16,301 nt of DNA from an uncultured Candidatus Poseidoniales archaeon (lineage in GTDB: Archaea; Thermoplasmatota; Poseidoniia; Poseidoniales; Thalassarchaeaceae), in assembly GCA_964645485.1 (NCBI GenBank), contig CAZXZO010000001.1, positions 145,868-162,168 on the forward strand, given 5' to 3'. A program made the position numbers and the translations under genes. The stretch's first letter is position 1. Each line of letters opens with the position of its first letter. The notes below the pieces were generated by a model, which had not been told where the DNA came from, made no database searches, and saw only the letters and a list, made by a program, of their open reading frames with translations. Of this stretch, positions 15,799 through 16,301 are shown piece after piece.

Positions 15799-15953
15799 AC
15801 ACACCCCAGAGGGGTTGGGTTCTCAATCCCACCGGCTGAGGAAGTTCATTTTTTTAACATCAGATTTAGAAACATATGTTAACCACTCATTGGAATTATT
15901 GATGAAGGATGACAGTATGTCATAGTTTAGGTGAAACCATTCCAAAGGTTAGG

Positions 15954-16115
15954 ATGCCGAAAAAAGGGTGGCCCAGGCTCCCCCTAAGGCGAAAGTTTAG
16001 GCGAGTTAAACGCCAAACAGGATTACCTCCTTGTCCTGAATGTCATTCATTCAAAATGGAAAAGGATGAGCGCAAAAATGAGTTGTACTGCACTGAGTGC
16101 GGACGTACTGTCTGA
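15954..16115 (+). CDS. Small basic zinc-ribbon protein (TFIIB-type ribbon), 53 aa; 68 aa if ATG 15909 is used
   Basis: CPECHSFKMEKDERKNELYCTECG has the CxxC-x15-CxxC spacing and the LxCxxCG knuckle of TFIIB-type ribbons. It is preceded by a K/R-rich segment. The start codon is uncertain. Confidence 0.75.
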   Translation: MPKKGWPRLPLRRKFRRVKRQTGLPPCPECHSFKMEKDERKNELYCTECGRTV

Positions 16116-16301
16116 TTAGTTGTCACGCCGTCTGAATGGATTATTGGGGTTAGTTTTCGACCGGTGTCCCCCGCGCTTTTGACCCTTATTTCCACTTCGG
16201 TCTCCACTGCGGTCACCCCAATGTCGGGGTTTTGAGGTTCCACTTCTGTTGGGGCCACGGTTGCCACCTCGGTCATCGCCACGGTTGCCACCTCGATTTC
16301 C
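16116..16301 (-). CDS. 3' end of a gene with an RG/RGG-rich disordered C-terminal tail, truncated by the right edge; possibly a DEAD-box RNA helicase or another RNA-binding protein
   Basis: The minus frame from 16301 reads GNRGGNRGDDRGGNRGPNRSGTSKPRHWGDRSGDRSGNKGQKRGGHRSKTNPNNPFRRRDN* with TAA at 16118-16116, exactly abutting the zinc-ribbon stop. Such tails are typical of DEAD-box helicases, but no catalytic domain is in the window, so the product is a guess. Confidence 0.75.
   Translation of the reverse strand, partial: GNRGGNRGDDRGGNRGPNRSGTSKPRHWGDRSGDRSGNKGQKRGGHRSKTNPNNPFRRRDN
16254..16295 (-). repeat. Two identical 18-nt coding repeats with a 24-nt period (RGGNRG units)
   Basis: GCCACGGTTGCCACCTCG (plus strand) occurs at 16254-16271 and again at 16278-16295. 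Confidence 0.9.

Noticed and set aside
15871-15880. Perfect 10-bp palindrome AACATATGTT in the divergent spacer
   Set aside because: It is AT-rich and short, several such palindromes are expected by chance in 16 kb, and no second copy was noticed in the other spacers.
15954-16115. Ribosomal protein S27ae/L37ae-type or full TFB assignment
   Set aside because: Residues around the Cys knuckles do not match those ribosomal families as I know them, and the TFB core repeats are absent, so no gene symbol was given.
16043-16291. 82-aa minus-strand ORF (MATVAMTEVATVAPTEVEP...) from the track
   Set aside because: It is an alternative-frame reading of the RG-rich tail and overlaps the zinc-ribbon gene by 73 nt. 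The other frame is open to the edge and abuts that gene exactly.
1-16301. CRISPR array, tRNA/rRNA, IS element, integrase, intein or frameshifted pseudogene
   Set aside because: I saw no regularly spaced repeats, cloverleaf or rRNA signatures, transposase or integrase motifs, or terminal inverted repeats. All main ORFs are intact and the spacers are short.

Overview
Gene-dense archaeal-type chromosomal window, most consistent with Marine Group II Euryarchaeota (Ca. Poseidoniales, Thermoplasmata). That taxonomy is inferred from protein style and was not confirmed by any search. About three quarters of the window is taken by two co-oriented giant type-I membrane-anchored surface proteins. The first (about 1919 aa) has an intact N-terminal SGNH/DUF4886-like esterase domain, a glycine-rich repeat domain, Ig-like stalk modules and a second, catalytically degenerate SGNH domain. 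The second (about 2124 aa) has a 7-blade FG-GAP propeller, two Ig/CARDB-like modules each carrying an inserted jelly-roll, a GATase-like domain lacking the nucleophile, a PKD-like domain and a UBA-like cytoplasmic tail. A small putative winged-helix gene with an upstream palindrome lies between them. Downstream are a clear adenosylhomocysteinase (ahcY), a convergent TPR membrane protein, a basic TFIIB-type zinc-ribbon mini-protein, and the RG-rich 3' end of a minus-strand gene that the ORF track gives in the wrong frame. No rRNA, tRNA, CRISPR array or mobile element was seen. All domain calls were made by eye from motifs.
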